Part shown: positions 25,819 through 40,454 of the stretch, piece after piece | Layout of the letters: every line of letters begins with the position of its first letter | Numbering within the stretch: the first letter of the stretch is position 1 | From: the human T2T-CHM13v2.0 reference genome, Homo sapiens | Direction: 5' to 3' (one strand) | Assembly: GCF_009914755.1 (NCBI RefSeq) | Contig: NC_060935.1 | Length of the DNA: 64,000 nt | Made by a program: the position numbers and the translations under genes | The notes under the pieces: model-generated | Told to the model about the DNA's origin: nothing | Seen by the model: only the letters and a program-made list of their open reading frames with translations | Database searches by the model: none

Positions 25819-28168
25819 AGCTTTAGCCACACCAGACAAGTAACATTGTGTATTTTTAAAGGACTGCATTAATAAATTTGGGGGTTTACAGAATGGCAGG
25901 TAGTTATCCTTGGGAAGACAATATGCTGATGGGGAAATATAATTACTGCCCTGACTAAACTCACAGTATGACAGAGAATTAACTGTGCTGACTTGATAAT
26001 TCCTCAGAGCAGATCTCTAAGAGAGCTTATAGACACAACACCTGCTTCACAAGGTTCTCAAGTATGGCAAACTTGTCAGTCAGGGTGAGACTGAGGATGA
26101 GGTCTAAGAGACTTGTCTGGAAGCTGCACTTGTTTGAAAGGACACTGATTTTACTTCAGTGGTGCAATAAATGTCCTTATATATCACTGGATCAGCAGGT
26201 GGATGCTGACTTAATAATTGAAAGGATTTTCAAACTAAGAAGTTGTAAAATATAATATATAGGTTATGAATATAATTAAAATTAAAACGCATAAATATAC
26301 ATTTACTTAAGAAAATGAGTGATTTTTAAAATTTATCCTTTTTAATTGATTTTTGACTATTGATACAGGCTGTTTAAAGATCAACAGGCTATAATATCAT
26401 ATTATGTCATCCCTTGCTAACATATGAGTAAACTTGAGCTCTCAACTTGATCTTCCCACTTCTTCTTATTTATAATTAGATACCTCTGTTTCTTAGACTT
26501 CGCTATCATACCTTATTTTCAGCACATCGCCCCTAAGTTTGCATTACACATTTACACATTGTTGTAGGCTGTCTTCTTATAACAATCAAGAAAACAGCAT
26601 CGCAATCCCCTACTGACAAATACATTTGCCATTTTTACAAAAAACCCTTATTCGCCTGAAAATTTTAATACCGCTATGTTTTTTACTCTTACAGACATCC
26701 TTTCAGTGGTCAATAGAGATGCAGCTTTCCTAAATGTAGTTTGTATGTTAGCACAATGTGCATTTTAGACCAAACAACAAAGGCAACCAGAAAACGACGT
26801 TTCTAAATAGAATAAACTCTGTATGCCAACTTTGGAAAAACAAATAAATAAATTTTACACAGAGAATAACAACTAAAATGACAATGAATAAACCCCCCAC
26901 GTCCTACTTTCAAAGAACTCTCACAAACAATTCGCACAATAACTGAATCCTTCAGGAGTAGTCATTTATTAGTTTTTATTTTTCCTGCATCCAAATGGGC
27001 CTTCTAATTTGGAGAAATACTGCATTATTTAGCTTTAGTTTTCAGTAAGTATTTTCTTATCAAATCTCTGGAATATTTTCAGAGTGCTCACTGTCCAGAT
27101 GTAAAATAAATATGAAAGATTTCTTAAGTGAAGCAGAGAGAATTTAGAATGGAATAATTATATACTGGGTTCTGAACATGGACTTTCAATCAGAAAAGAA
27201 AATATTAGAAGCAAGCTCAACGAGAACTTAAAAATTGGAAGAAACAGCAGTCTTCAGAGAGGAATGAATGCAACTTTTGAGATTAGTTTCCTATAAGGAG
27301 ATCAGCTGCAAATACTAGCGCAGAACTAGCAGTAGATGAAGAAATTGTCATCCCCTGTTACACTAATAGCAAGTGGTAGACTGCGGTTCAGACCCAATGA
27401 ACAGCATAAAGACTTACAAACACTTTGAAGAAGATTGAAGGAAGAAACTATTCCATCAGTGAAAAATTTCTAAAATATAACATTACCTTTGCCAAGTTTT
27501 TGCATTAATTATCAAAACTATTTCATGAAGTGAAAAAGTCTCGAGATTTTTTATGTGAGAAGCAAGAGGGGAAATAGAAATGGGTGGTGATATCTAAATT
27601 TATAGTTGGTTATTTTTTTCAGAAGAAAAATGTCAGGAGACAAAATAGAAAGCTGGAAAGAAGAAAAAGTATTAAGTTAGTTTCAGCAGACAATGGGAAG
27701 AAGGAAAACGGGGCTGGGATATCTGGCTTCCACGAGATGATAAGAAATGTGTTTGCTGCTATTTAGCTGTTAGTCTGTATCACACGCCTTTTAGTAGTAA
27801 AATATGCCAATCTACTAAGGGAAATTACATTTCATGAGTAAGCTTCCTAAAGTTCTAGATATTTGCTGTTTAGCCTCACACAAGTTTGCTTACTAATCAA
27901 GCAAGATCCTTTTCAGAGTAACTAGTTTCAAAGTATGGAGATGAAAATATGATCATGTATTATTCAAATTCACCTTTATAAGACACATAAAATGTACCTC
28001 CAACTGCACATTTTTCTTTAGATGAACTGTATTTGACCCAAGCTGCTTTAGTCCACTTATCTTGACTATTTCTGAAATCATAGTTACTCTTCTTTTGGAT
28101 TGTTATATCTCCTCTGCTTCCTGTATTCTTTTTCTTCACCATCACTGGCATTCCCTCTTTATTAGGTG

Positions 28169-28205
<37 letters not shown>

Positions 28206-28365
28206 TATGTATAAAAATTTCTCGCTCACATCAGCTTTTTCATGTGATAATTAAAATTGAATCTAACTCTGAGGAAAAAAAAGTGTGGATATAAAACCAG
28301 GGTTCCTTTTCAGTAATGGGAGAGGCCCAGAAATCCTAGAGATCTTGAGATTCTGAAATAAGGGC

Positions 28366-29298
28366 TCAAGCCCTACTCTGCCCAGAAAATAGGCGAATAA
28401 TGCTTCTTTGAATCTGCTTGGTCTTGATGCTATAAATGATAGGATTCACGAATGGAGGAAAGAGAAAATGGACATAGCTCATGGTAATGGGGACCACATG
28501 AGGTGCATGTTTCCCAAACCTGTGAATGAATGACAGTCCCATCACAGTGATGTGAAATACTAGGACACAGCTAATATGGGAGACACAAGTGTTGAGAGAT
28601 TTAGCTTCCTCTTGTCCAGACGCAATGCCCATCACTGTCTTGAGGATTAGTATATAAGAAAAGATGATGATTAGAGCATCTAAAAAGACAGTCAAAGAAG
28701 TCTGAATAATTGGATATATGTGATTAAACGTGATATCAGCACAGGCGAGTTTTATGACATCTTGATGGAGGCAAAATGTGTGCAAGAGGGCACGGGAACC
28801 ACAATATGGGTAGCAGTAGAGTGAAAGAATTATGGGCAAAATGGACATAAAACCTCTCGTCAGTACCCCCAGTCCTATGTTCATCACTCGGGAATTGGTA
28901 AGAATGCAGTTGTACCTCAGTGGTGTGCGGATGGCAATGAAACAGTCATAGGCCAAAACAAGCAAGATACCTGATTCTACAATGGCCAGTGAATGAATGA
29001 AGGATTGGGTGAAACAGGCAGCATGGGCAATCTCCCTCTGGTCTAGCAGCAGGACACCCAGGACTGTGGGCATTGTAGTGAATGTCATCCCAAGGTCCGT
29101 GTCTGCCAGCATAGCCAGGAAGTAGTACATGGGCTCATGGAGGCTGTGATCATTCCAAATGAGGACAAGAAGAGTGCCATTTCCAAAAAGGATGGAGAAG
29201 TAGATGACAAAGAAGGACATAGAGATCCGGTAGTGAACTGCCTCTGAGCCCAAGAAGCCAGTCAGCAAGAAGGGGCCAGCACTGTTGTTATACCACAT
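28366..29298 (-). CDS. OR51B4: Olfactory receptor 51B4 (class I, 310 aa)
   Basis: Intact single-exon ORF with OR motifs [49 protein letters not shown]; N-terminus [10 protein letters not shown] recognised. Confidence 0.95.
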   Translation of the reverse strand: MWYNNSAGPFLLTGFLGSEAVHYRISMSFFVIYFSILFGNGTLLVLIWNDHSLHEPMYYFLAMLADTDLGMTFTTMPTVLGVLLLDQREIAHAACFTQSFIHSLAIVESGILLVLAYDCFIAIRTPLRYNCILTNSRVMNIGLGVLTRGFMSILPIILSLYCYPYCGSRALLHTFCLHQDVIKLACADITFNHIYPIIQTSLTVFLDALIIIFSYILILKTVMGIASGQEEAKSLNTCVSHISCVLVFHITVMGLSFIHRFGKHAPHVVPITMSYVHFLFPPFVNPIIYSIKTKQIQRSIIRLFSGQSRA

Positions 29299-29849
29299 GG
29301 TAGGTTTTGCAGGTGGAGAAGATATTTTTTAGGGGTGATGACCTCCAAAGATGCAGTTTTCTTTTTTCTCTCACAATCTTCTTGTAGCACATCATCAGGC
29401 CATTTTTTACCTCAAAACTTAAATATTTTTCTGGATTGTCTCATACTTAATTAATTGTAAGCCTGTACTCACAAGGCCTTTCCCTAGAATAACAAATAAC
29501 AAAAATCATGGTCAGAATAATAATTCCAATTCACTATGAAGCATACAACCTTTATTTTTTCAACACTCATCTTACGTCTGTGCTCATAGCCTTGACTCTT
29601 GGTCCCAAATAGGACTCCTTTGTTCCCTTTTATTCTCTTTACTCTTTTATTCCTCCTCCTATTATTTATCATATGGGCCCTTACTGTGTTACTATCCAAG
29701 TTGAGTCAGTTCAAATTTTTTCTCTTGAAACTAATGGGACAGCTGTATTTAGGATTAACCACTGAGGAAAATGCTTATTCAATAGAAATGACTGAGAAAT
29801 ATTGTGATCAATGTTGCTATCTCAAGTGGACTGTGAATAAGAAGAGAAC

Positions 29850-30045
29850 CCAGCCTGGGCAACATAGCTAGACCCTGCCTCCACCAAAAAAAAAAGAAAA
29901 GATAAAAATTAGCTGGGCACAGGGGCACACATCACCTGAGCCCAGGACTGTGAGGCTGCAGGGAGCTATGATTGCAGCACTGCTCTCCAGCCTGGGCAAC
30001 GGAGTCAGACTCTGTCTCTATAAAAAATAAAATAAAATAAAACGA
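29850..30045 (+). mobile_element. Partial/internally deleted old Alu
   Basis: CAGCCTGGGCAACATAG...GAGGCTGCAG...CCAGCCTGGGCAAC with A-tail. Confidence 0.8.
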
Positions 30046-32131
30046 AAGAAAATAACTCATCTATTGTGAGTTTCCACAGAAATCTGAACACCTGAACAAG
30101 TGAGTAAAGTTAGTAAACTCATTTTAGAAAGGTGTAATTACTCAGTGGACTTGGGACTCAGCAAGTTCCCTATGCTGCAAAAAGTCTGAGTTTTGGCACA
30201 TTAGGGACAAACATGAAAATAGGAGACTCATGTTGGAAGCTCATAACGGAAATATTTTAAGGACATACTTCTACAATGAGGGCCTCCACAAAAGCCTAAT
30301 ACTTGTTAGAGTCATAGATTCGTAAGTATGTTGATCTGAAGGGCAATAGTAATATCGGAAGTTGGTAATTGAGTTAATAAACTTCACACAACCAGTTCTA
30401 GGGAAAAGATAAGCACTCCCAGAGAGAAAATACGGCAACTATGTTGCTGATGGAGACAATCTTACAGACCCTCTAATCATTATGAATCTGTAAGACTCGT
30501 ATTGAGAAAAATTCACAAGGATCCTCATAGGGAACTATGAAGTCTATTTATAATTAATATTTATTTATATTTATAATTACACTTTTACAAAGTCAAGATT
30601 TTTGTTGTTGTGATACCAAGAAATTTTGTAGCAGGTTTATTGGGAAAACAAAGAGAACTACAAGGGAAACTCAGTTTCTCCCAAATTCAATTGATTCTGT
30701 ATGTGTCCAGAGTCTTTTAAAATATCATTCAATATTATAAATATTACTACCGACACCTTTGAAGTGTAATTCAGTAAAAATGAAGTGATAACAATCTTTG
30801 CACCTTTTTTATTTTATAAAAACCTATAGAAACAATAATAATTATATGTTTCAGAATTTTGGCACATAGTAACATCTCTAATATAAGCAATTATTGGTGG
30901 AGAGAGATGGACAGAGGAAAGGTGAAAGGACTTTTGAAAGGGCTGCTACTTCAGGGGACACTGTTGATAACAAAAATGTCAGTCTAGGCACTGCAGTAGC
31001 AGAGACTATGTTCATATGGATACTAAAAACACTGCTAACTAACTTGATCCACTGAATTATGACCTGCATAGTGCTTAATGTGGCAGAACTTATCTACCTC
31101 CACAGGAGTGATGTGTATATCATTATCAGTTCTCTTAACCTTCCAATGTTGCCTTATAAGAGAATGGATTAATGCCAAAATTTGTTGTACAGGATAAGAG
31201 CTAACCACTTATTTGGATCTACTGTCACCCAGATAATGGACCAGATGGAGGAAGCCGGAGGAGGCCTGATTATTCTTAAACTATAGTCGTGTTTTCAAAA
31301 CCTGAGCTGCGTTTGGGACATGCGGATGCACAGGGTTTTATTAAAACTGTGTGGTAATTACTGGGGAAATAGTTAATACAATTTATAAGTATATTTTATT
31401 GACCTAAAGATAGCCCTCTATTTAACATCTGCAGTCTCTAGCAAAACAGCTACGCTGGCATTTAATTGTGGCAAATTTGGTAGTACCAGAAACTGTCCAC
31501 ATACCCAAATATTCCAGGGAGAATAGTTGCCCTAATAGTTTAGGGAGTCTCCTAGAATGTGATACATGACAAAAGTGAGAGTCATAACTTTAGTGGAATT
31601 TATCACTCTCAGGCAAGCATAGAGGCCCCCTGAGGGATGCAAAAATGACTGGCTCACTGTTCTCTTGCCCCTTTCTGAGTGCCTTTGGACTGATTCTTTG
31701 ACAGCAACTATCCCAGAGTCCTCAAGAGTTTCTGAAGGTAACATAGATCCATCATCCAGAGCTTCTTCAACTTGCCATGCTGACAAAAAGCTTAGGAACT
31801 GTTCAGGAAACCATTTATAAAGACATAAACTAAAATGAGAAGACAAAAAGAGAATATTAAGATCGTGTTAAAAAAGAACAGTCTTCCGTTTAGTTCCAGA
31901 TAATCTGCAAGTGCCCTGTACAATCAGTGTCCCCTGAATCCACTTTTTCATCTCCACATATTGCCCCAAAATTGTGTTCCTATAGAAGAAATTAATAAAT
32001 ATACCAAAATAAATATTTAAAGTCAACTGACAATGGGAAGCCATGAGATGAAGACAAAATATCTGAAAAATCTCAGCTTTTAAGTGACTTTTTTATATCT
32101 TACCTTAAGTACAAATTAAAATGGAAGAGGT

Positions 32132-32433
32132 GGCCAGGCACAGAGGCTCATGCCTGTAATCCTAGCACTTTGGAAGGCTGAGGTGGATCACGAGGTCAGC
32201 AGTTTGAGACTAGCCTGGCCAACATGGTGAAACCCTGTCTCTACTAAAAATACAAAAATTAGCTGGGTGTGGTGGTGAGCGCCTGTAATCCCAGCTACTC
32301 GGGAGGCTGAGGCAGGAGAATTGCTTTAAAAAAACTGGGGAGCAGAGGTCGTCGCAGTGAGCCAAGATTGTGCCACTGCACTACAGCCTGGGCGACAAAG
32401 CAAGGCTCTGTCTCAAAAAAAAAAAAAAAAAAA
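32132..32433 (+). mobile_element. AluS
   Basis: Sense Alu dimer with poly(A). Confidence 0.92.
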
Positions 32434-32756
32434 GGTTTGGAGAGAAACATTGGGAAACTAGGACAAATTTTGCTCTCAGTAAAAAGAAAGATCTCAAAGG
32501 AGATAGACAAAGAAGCAGGCACAGATGTAAGAGGATAGCAAAGTTGATCTGTATTTACAAAAAAACAATGAAAAGGGAAGTTTATAGGAGTGGATACTAT
32601 GGTAGGTTAATAGTGAAAAATATAGAATTATCAATTAATATAAACATAGAGGTGTTGATTGTTTGGGGCAACTAGGTCTTTGGTAATATTGACAATTTCA
32701 ACATAATGGCAGAAATGAATGCCTAATGACTGTGAGACAAAAAGTGAGTAAAAAAC

Positions 32757-33050
32757 AGCTGGGCACGGTGGCTCATGCCTATAATCCCAGCACTTTGGGA
32801 GGCCGAGGAGGGTGGATCACTTGAGTTCAGGAGTTCGAGACCAGCTGGGCCAACATGGCAAAACACCATCACTACTATAATTACAAAAATAAGCCAGGTG
32901 TGGTGGCACATGATCATAATCCCAGCTACTCTGGAGGCTGAGGCATGAGAATCCCCTGAACCCTGGTGGAGGAGGTCGCAGTGAGCTGAGATCGCACCAC
33001 TGCACTCTAGCCTGGGCAACAGAGAAAAATCTGTTAAAGAGAGAGAGAGA
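32757..33050 (+). mobile_element. AluS-like
   Basis: Sense Alu dimer; TSD-like AAAAGTGAGTAAAAAAC on both sides. Confidence 0.9.
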
Positions 33051-34978
33051 AAAGAAAAGTGAGTAAAAAACAAGAAAGTAAAGACAATATATTATTTTAT
33101 TTATATTGTTATGGTGAGGAAATTGAGCCTTAGACAAGTTAAGCAATTAGCCTAAGATCACGCAACTAATATGTGTCATAAAGGAATTCAAACACAGGTT
33201 TATCTAACCCAAAACCCAAGCTCATATTCTCAACCAATGTCCATCAAATGGAAATGGTTAAACTTGCTTCCCGTATTTGAATCCTTGGCTTTTCTTACCT
33301 GAGCCACAGTTTTCTCTTTGCGGTTTCTGAGCATGACCTGAATATTGGTTGTTTGCTATATCCTCAGTATTTACTCTTAATTCTGATGAGAGATATATTT
33401 GTTACACAAACAACTCTCAAGGGGTTATTCTAGCTCATTTCCACATAGGATATTTGGGAATAGTGTACCAAATAATTCTCTTTTCCTCCCCAACCTGGGA
33501 AAGATCTGGGCCATTGAAACTGGTCCCCATGGCCTTTATTTTTTCTTTGGAAGGAGAGTCTCTAAGAGAAGTTGTGTCTCTAACATCAGATGAGGCATGA
33601 CCTAAATGAGTCACTCTCAAGTGTTCCATTGGTCTTAGAGTGGGAAGACCAGTCACTTTGTCTTTGTAAATGTTAACATTTGAAGAACATTGCCCCTTTT
33701 CAAACTGTATTATATTCTCTAATTCAACCCTTTACAAAATCCTTGAGCCACCACCAAACCTTTTCGTCTTGATGATTATTCATCAGACATTTATTTATTC
33801 TTTCTATTGATTCAAAACTCACTACCCTACCCTGAGCTATCTCATTCATATATATGTGGGTTTCATTTAATTATTTAGTATATGTATATATGGTATTTAC
33901 TATCAATATATGTATGCATATGTGTGTATGTGTGTGTGTATATATATATTCACAGACAGAGACAGTGAGAGAGAGAGAGAGACATATACTTCTCTGAAAC
34001 ATATAATATCTACTCCTTATATTTAGGTCTGATCTCCAGAATAAAATAACCATATATTAGCCATTATATTCATACATAGTTTTTTTCTAGATGTATAAAG
34101 ATATCTGCATTAAAAACCCTAAGACTTCTTTCCTGATGGGTGAACCAATATCAACAGTCCTTTAAATGTTTATCATGTAATTATTCCTAATCCTGATTTA
34201 TTTCCTATGATGCTCCACCTTATTGAACATAATAATCCAGATGTTGTCATATTAGTCCCATTCTGAAATCTCTTTTTTCATTGGATTATGTGCTGAGTTT
34301 CTATTTAAGTAGTCTAAGATCCTGCAGATACACAACTCTACCCTAAACTCTTATCTCAAAACATGTCAAATTCAGTCTTTCAGATTTAAAATAGTGATAA
34401 AATGCATATTCTACATAATATATGTGACACTCGCAGCAAGTTACTCTATTTACTATCACCTGTTTATACTTAGGGGAAAAAAAACTAAATATCCTCTCAT
34501 ATATTCAGGTAAGATTTTGCCAAAACGTGATTTTGGGTCATACAGCAATAAATGCATTCCAGAATTCATTTTGCAGAACCTGTTGATTCTAGACTTGTAG
34601 CTAAGAAGTGACGGCTTGGTAAATAACCATATCATAAAGTCAGTTCTCTTTGTACTCACAGTAAAACAAAACTTCTGAAAGATTTTAAGTGAGTGACATT
34701 TTCAGTGCTTAAAATGGAGCTTAACATATAGTGGGTGCTCAGTAAGTACTAGTTAAGCAAATGAATGCTATTCTTGTGATCAAGCCATTGGTTTTGTAGC
34801 CAAATTGTAGACCTTTACAACCTCTACATCTGTTTGTAATAAGATTACTAGTTCAAGCATGCCAAACAATGCTATCTCCTTTTCTTTATTGTTTAGTACT
34901 TCGATGTCTCTAATTTTTACATCAATCATGGTTCAGAGAAAAATCCATAACAACATCAAGAAGAAAGATTTTTTGAAG

Positions 34979-35178
34979 TTTCCTTCCTTCCTTCCTCCCT
35001 CCCTCCCTCCCCCCCTCCCTCCCCCCTTCCCCCTTCCCTCCTTCCCTCCTTCCCTCATTCCTTCCTTTCTTTTTTCTTTCTTTCCTTATTTCTCTCTCTC
35101 TTTTTCTTCCTTCCTTCCTTTCTTTCTCCCTTTCCTTTCCTTTCCTTTTATTCTCTTTTCTTTTCTTTCCTCTCTTTT
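34979..35178. repeat. ~200-bp polypyrimidine (TTCC/CT-rich) tract
   Basis: Almost exclusively C/T; probably the expanded tail of the adjacent Alu monomer. Confidence 0.9.
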
Positions 35179-35305
35179 GAGACAGTGTCTTGCTCTGTCA
35201 CCCAGGAGGGAGTGCAGTGGTGAGATCATAGTTTACTGCAGCCTCAAGCTTTTAGGCTTAAGTGATTTTTACACCTCAGCCTCCCAAATAGCTGTGACCA
35301 CATGA
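35175..35305 (-). mobile_element. Old Alu right-arm fragment
   Basis: TTTTGAGACAGTGTCTTGCTCTGTCACCCAGG...CCTCAGCCTCCCAAATAGCTG. Confidence 0.8.
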
Positions 35306-36918
35306 GAAGAGACATTTATGTGTTTTTTTCCTTCTTAGTACTTTGGGCTGCAAGTGAGTCTCAAGGTAAGATGTTTTAACCACTTATGGAACTTATATTC
35401 TCCCATTCCAATGAAAAGACTACTTTGAAAATGTTTTTGTTGATGTCTAAATACACCAAGTCTACAATTTCCTGTGATCTATCTATACTACTAAATAGCT
35501 AGACCAATACATGAAAAGAAACTCTTATTTTCAATAAAGAACTGTACCCCAACAATAATATATCAGACATTATATGTCTTTTTTATCTTCTTTGTGTCTT
35601 ATCAGTTATGTTGCCATATAGGAAGAGAAAGAAAATTATAAGTGAAATCACTGTGTACCATCTCACATCTATGCAAGGCAAATAGGACTAATAGTACAGG
35701 GACAAGGCTGAAAGGAGACATTTTAAGGTTGAAGGTATGCAGTAAAACTTGTTTTCTGGAGATTATGTTGAAAGAAGTTATAGTCAGTCAATCTAATGAG
35801 GTTGTAGAAGATGAAACAACTAAGCTGGTGCTCCTGGTAATGACTTGATACCTGCGAAGTGTCTAAATATGTATAGAGGAGTTGATAATATAGACCAATT
35901 GCACTTTGGGCCCCTGCTGAGTAAGAATTTGTGTCAACTAAACAAAACGACAGGAAATTGTATTTCCCCAAAGACATTTTGGAAACGTTCTCCTTCAGCA
36001 CCAACGGTAGCACCTGGAACTGACCATCCAACTTCCAAGCCAAACAACTTCACGCATAAATCTACATTCCTCCAATCTCTTTCCTCCATCATGGAAACAG
36101 CCCTGCATATTCAAAAGTGAGTGTCCCTCTCTTATACCTCGTCAGAGAGATTCAAATATTGTCATATTCACAATCCACAACAGGCCCAGATAACCGTTCA
36201 GTGATGCTGGTCATCACTGAAGATAGATTGAATCTTCCTTTCTTCTTGGACATAAATTGCAGGTTATTGAAAAAACTATAACTTGAAGTTTCATAGCAGA
36301 AAGTTGGGATCTTTCTCACTAAGCATGAGAAAAACTAACAGAGTTTTAATTTGAAGGGCCTTAGCCAACTTAGCTGAAGTCCCTTCCACCTAAGATAAAG
36401 CTGTAAAAGAGGAGCAGATGTATAATTTAGATATTGGAGCAGCATGCAGTATCAAAATACCTCATGAGCACCAAAGAAGCCATATATTTTTCACAGTTTC
36501 TATTCTTCCAAAATAACTTACAAAGACAGTCTTTCCTCTGTCATAAGAACCTGCACCCAGGTCAGCAAATCAAGATGGAAATGATCGGGGTTGAAATTTC
36601 CTACCAACACACTAATAAACATTAGGAACTTACTGGGCACATTATGAGAAACAGAGGAGTCTTTGGGGGATAACCAGATTTTAAGATTTGTGTTTATACT
36701 CAGTATCAATAGCTTAAACATTGTACTCAATAGCATATAATTTTGCTTACAACATGCATTGGGTAAATAATCGGTTTTACAATTGATTCAGTATGTAAAA
36801 GTTTTAATACAAGGACATACAGAAAACTTGCGCCTACACCTATTTTTTTAAGCATTCCATAGATTGGATCTCATTTCTCTCCACATTTTTATGTCTTCCC
36901 AATATAAAACTTTACTCA

Positions 36919-37236
<318 letters not shown>

Positions 37237-37654
37237 TCAGTGAAGTCCAGAGCAAAGATTTGTTGCAAACAAATCACCAGTTCTTATCTTTCTCCGTGAA
37301 AATGTACCTGTAAAATGTGGATGCCACATATTTTTAGGTCTGGAAGGATTGCATTATCTTTTATCTGTATTGCATTATCATAAAATCTCTAGTTGAGTGA
37401 AAAAAATTTTTAAATCATTTCTTTAACTGAAAACTGAACCCAGGAGGCAGAGGTTGCATTCAGCCGAGATCAAGGCACTGAAAACTTCCTTTCTCCAGAA
37501 AGCTTGTCTCATTTTCTTCTTCCATGGAATATTCCAAGGAATATTCTTTGAAAAGCAGAATATTCAGAGTGAGAGGAAGTAGAGAGATATATTTAGGTAG
37601 AATCTGGGCATATTGAAGGGAAGACATCAATAATTCACAGTAGCCAAGGAATAG

Positions 37655-38080
37655 AAACAATACAAGTATCTATCAACAGATGCGTATATCAACAAAATGT
37701 CTTATATATGTGATAGAATATTATTTATCTATAAAAAGTAGGTCTGACACATGCTACAACATGAATAAACCTTAAAAAGCTATCCTAAGTGCAATAAGTC
37801 ATACGCAAAAGAACATTGTCTGATTTCACTTACATGAGCTATCTAGAATAGGCAAATTCATAGAGACAAAAAGTAGATTAGAAGTTACCAGAGTGTAGGA
37901 AGAACATGGATTGGGGAGTAACTGATTAATCAATATAGAGTTTTTATTTGGTGTAATACAAAATTTTAGAAATAGTGGTGGTGATTGCACAACATGGCAA
38001 ATGTAATAAGTGCCACTGCATTATACATTATAAAAAGGCTAAAGTGGCAAATTGTATATATTACCACTATAAAAATAAAA
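37655..38080 (+). mobile_element. Old L1MB-like 3' end
   Basis: CATGCTACAACATGAATAAACCTT...GGCAAATTCATAGAGACAAAAAGTAGATTAGAAGTTACCAG. Confidence 0.7.
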
Positions 38081-39179
38081 CAATAAATGTATTTCAATTC
38101 ATTAAATTTATTGTGAAAGGTTTAAAAACAAGAGTTTGAGGTTAAAAATTATTTCTAAGATAAAATATTAAAAGATTTATTCCACATGTGCAGGTGTCCA
38201 CACACACATGCAAACACAACTATATATATACATACTAGGATAAAGTCTCTTATATCTTAAAGACCATTTATTTGATTTTAATAAATAGAATAGGATGGTT
38301 GACTCAACAATTTCACTTGAGAGAAAGAATCAAGCATAGATTATTTTCAGTTCCATATGGTCCTCCTCAAATATCTATGATTGGACATCTGTGAAGGCAT
38401 GCCGCAAATCTAGGGTAACTAACATAAGCACTCGTGAAAAAACTTCATTTTTCAATAAATTCTTGTTATTTACTCATCTGGTAATTCAGAATTTAGTTAA
38501 TCCATCTTCGTATTTATGTTTGTATCAGATTATCTGGCTCTAACCAGTTGTATCATATAATTGATATATTATCTCACATTTGGCAGTATTTTTTGGACTG
38601 CTATTTTAAAACTGGGTCTACTTCAGTGAATGACACCCAAGAAAAACCCGGATCTATCCTGCTTTCTCCTAGGATAGTGAGCCACTGTTTCACTTATTCT
38701 CTGACCTTCTTTGGGTGTCATCTGCTTCAGTTTGTTTCTGTTGTCTTGCATCTGTAAATTCTCATCATTTTCTGACATATGTCTTGCCTTTACTATGACT
38801 CTTCATGATCAGGCAAAAAGAAATACATACTGAAATGATTTGAATGAATGATTTTTTTAATTATTAAGCTAATATTTTGTTTTTAAAAGTCTAGTTCTAC
38901 AGTTTGAAATACTTCCTTCAATTGCTTTCTTAAATCACATGTTTATTATTTTGACTCATTCTCAGTGTCCCACAACTTTAAAAATTATAATGATTCTTCT
39001 TATTTATAGACAATACATAATCAGTGACTGCCTTTCTTTTGGCACTGCCTTTCTTCCAAGAACATGTCAGAAATTGATGGTGATTTTTGCTCCTTTCCAA
39101 CTCTTTCTTTCCTCTGCTTTTCTAAATAACCTGTAAACCTTATTATATTTAGACCTTAAATATTTGTCATATCTCTCCA

Positions 39180-39820
39180 TTACCATTTCCACTTTCCTAA
39201 ATTGAGTTACTATTATCTTTCTTCAAATTACTCTAATATTCTGCCCTTTCCCTGCCTCTCTCAATTCCATTTTATAAATAATATTGAAGTAATTTTAAAA
39301 CATCAATGAATAATGCAGCTTCTTTCAGTAGCTTTCCATGACTCCGAGTAGAGACTCAAACTCTTATGATGACCAATAAGGCCATTCCTTCCCTCTTCAG
39401 CCTCTTCTCAAAGCAAACACCCTCTTCCAGCAGCCACCTTCCCTAATATAAACCAACCTAGCTGAGGTCTCCACACACACTCCTTCAGTCTTAGAATATT
39501 CTTGTCTGTATTTTCACCAGTTAGTTTCTAATCCATTTTCAGGTCTCAGCTGAAGGGACACTTTCTCAGGGAATCTTACCCTTATTTCAAGCCATAACCT
39601 CAAGCCTTTTTTGAGACCCACACTCTCCATTCAGTGTCTTCTTTCTGCTTTATGATTAATCACAGCACTTGTTTTAAATTTGGATTTCTTTTATTCTTTG
39701 AGTCCCCACTTATTTGAAGACTTTAAGAAGAAAAGTTTGTCTATTTGCTCTCTTATATCATTTTTGCTTAGCAAGGTGACCCATAATAGTGCCCTTAAAA
39801 AATTAACCAAAGGAATGATT
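39180..39820 (+). mobile_element. Degenerate L2 LINE
   Basis: L2-like 3' sequence (TTCAGGTCTCAGCTGAAGGGACACTTTCTCAGGGAA...). Boundaries approximate. Confidence 0.5.
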
Positions 39821-40454
39821 AAATATTAGTGGTGTTTCCACGAAAATAGGCACATGAGGAATGGTTTAAAGTCCTACTCTCCTCCAAACACAAACCCTTT
39901 TAAACATAGGATATGTACAAATAAATTAGGCAAAAGTATAAGAAAAAGATATAAATAAACCTGAAGTCAGCAAGGGCTTTGATAGTATGGCTCCAATACT
40001 TCAGTAGATAAAGTAAATAATAAAATAATGTATATGTAAGCTTTTAAATTGTGTATACAGCAAGACAAACAGAAAACTGGGAAAATACATACACTAAAAA
40101 TAAAACACTAGAGATAATACATAATAAACTTCTTAAAATCAATTATAAAAGGATGAAAATTAGCAAAATATATGATCAAATAAATCCTAGTGAGATTTCC
40201 AAGTTGCTGCAACAAATTGAGATCACTTGTGATTTATTAGAATAAAAAATAAATTGAATATACAAAAAGGAAAATATCAGATTATATTTCATCTATTGGA
40301 CATATCAGAAATGTTTCTATCCAGCATTTAGAGAGAACACAAGATCAAAAGAAATACATTAACTCATGAAATGAGCAACTAGGAAATTTATGAATTTAGA
40401 GAGTCTCTACTGTAAAACTTTATAGATGACATTGTATCATTTTGAAAGAAAACT

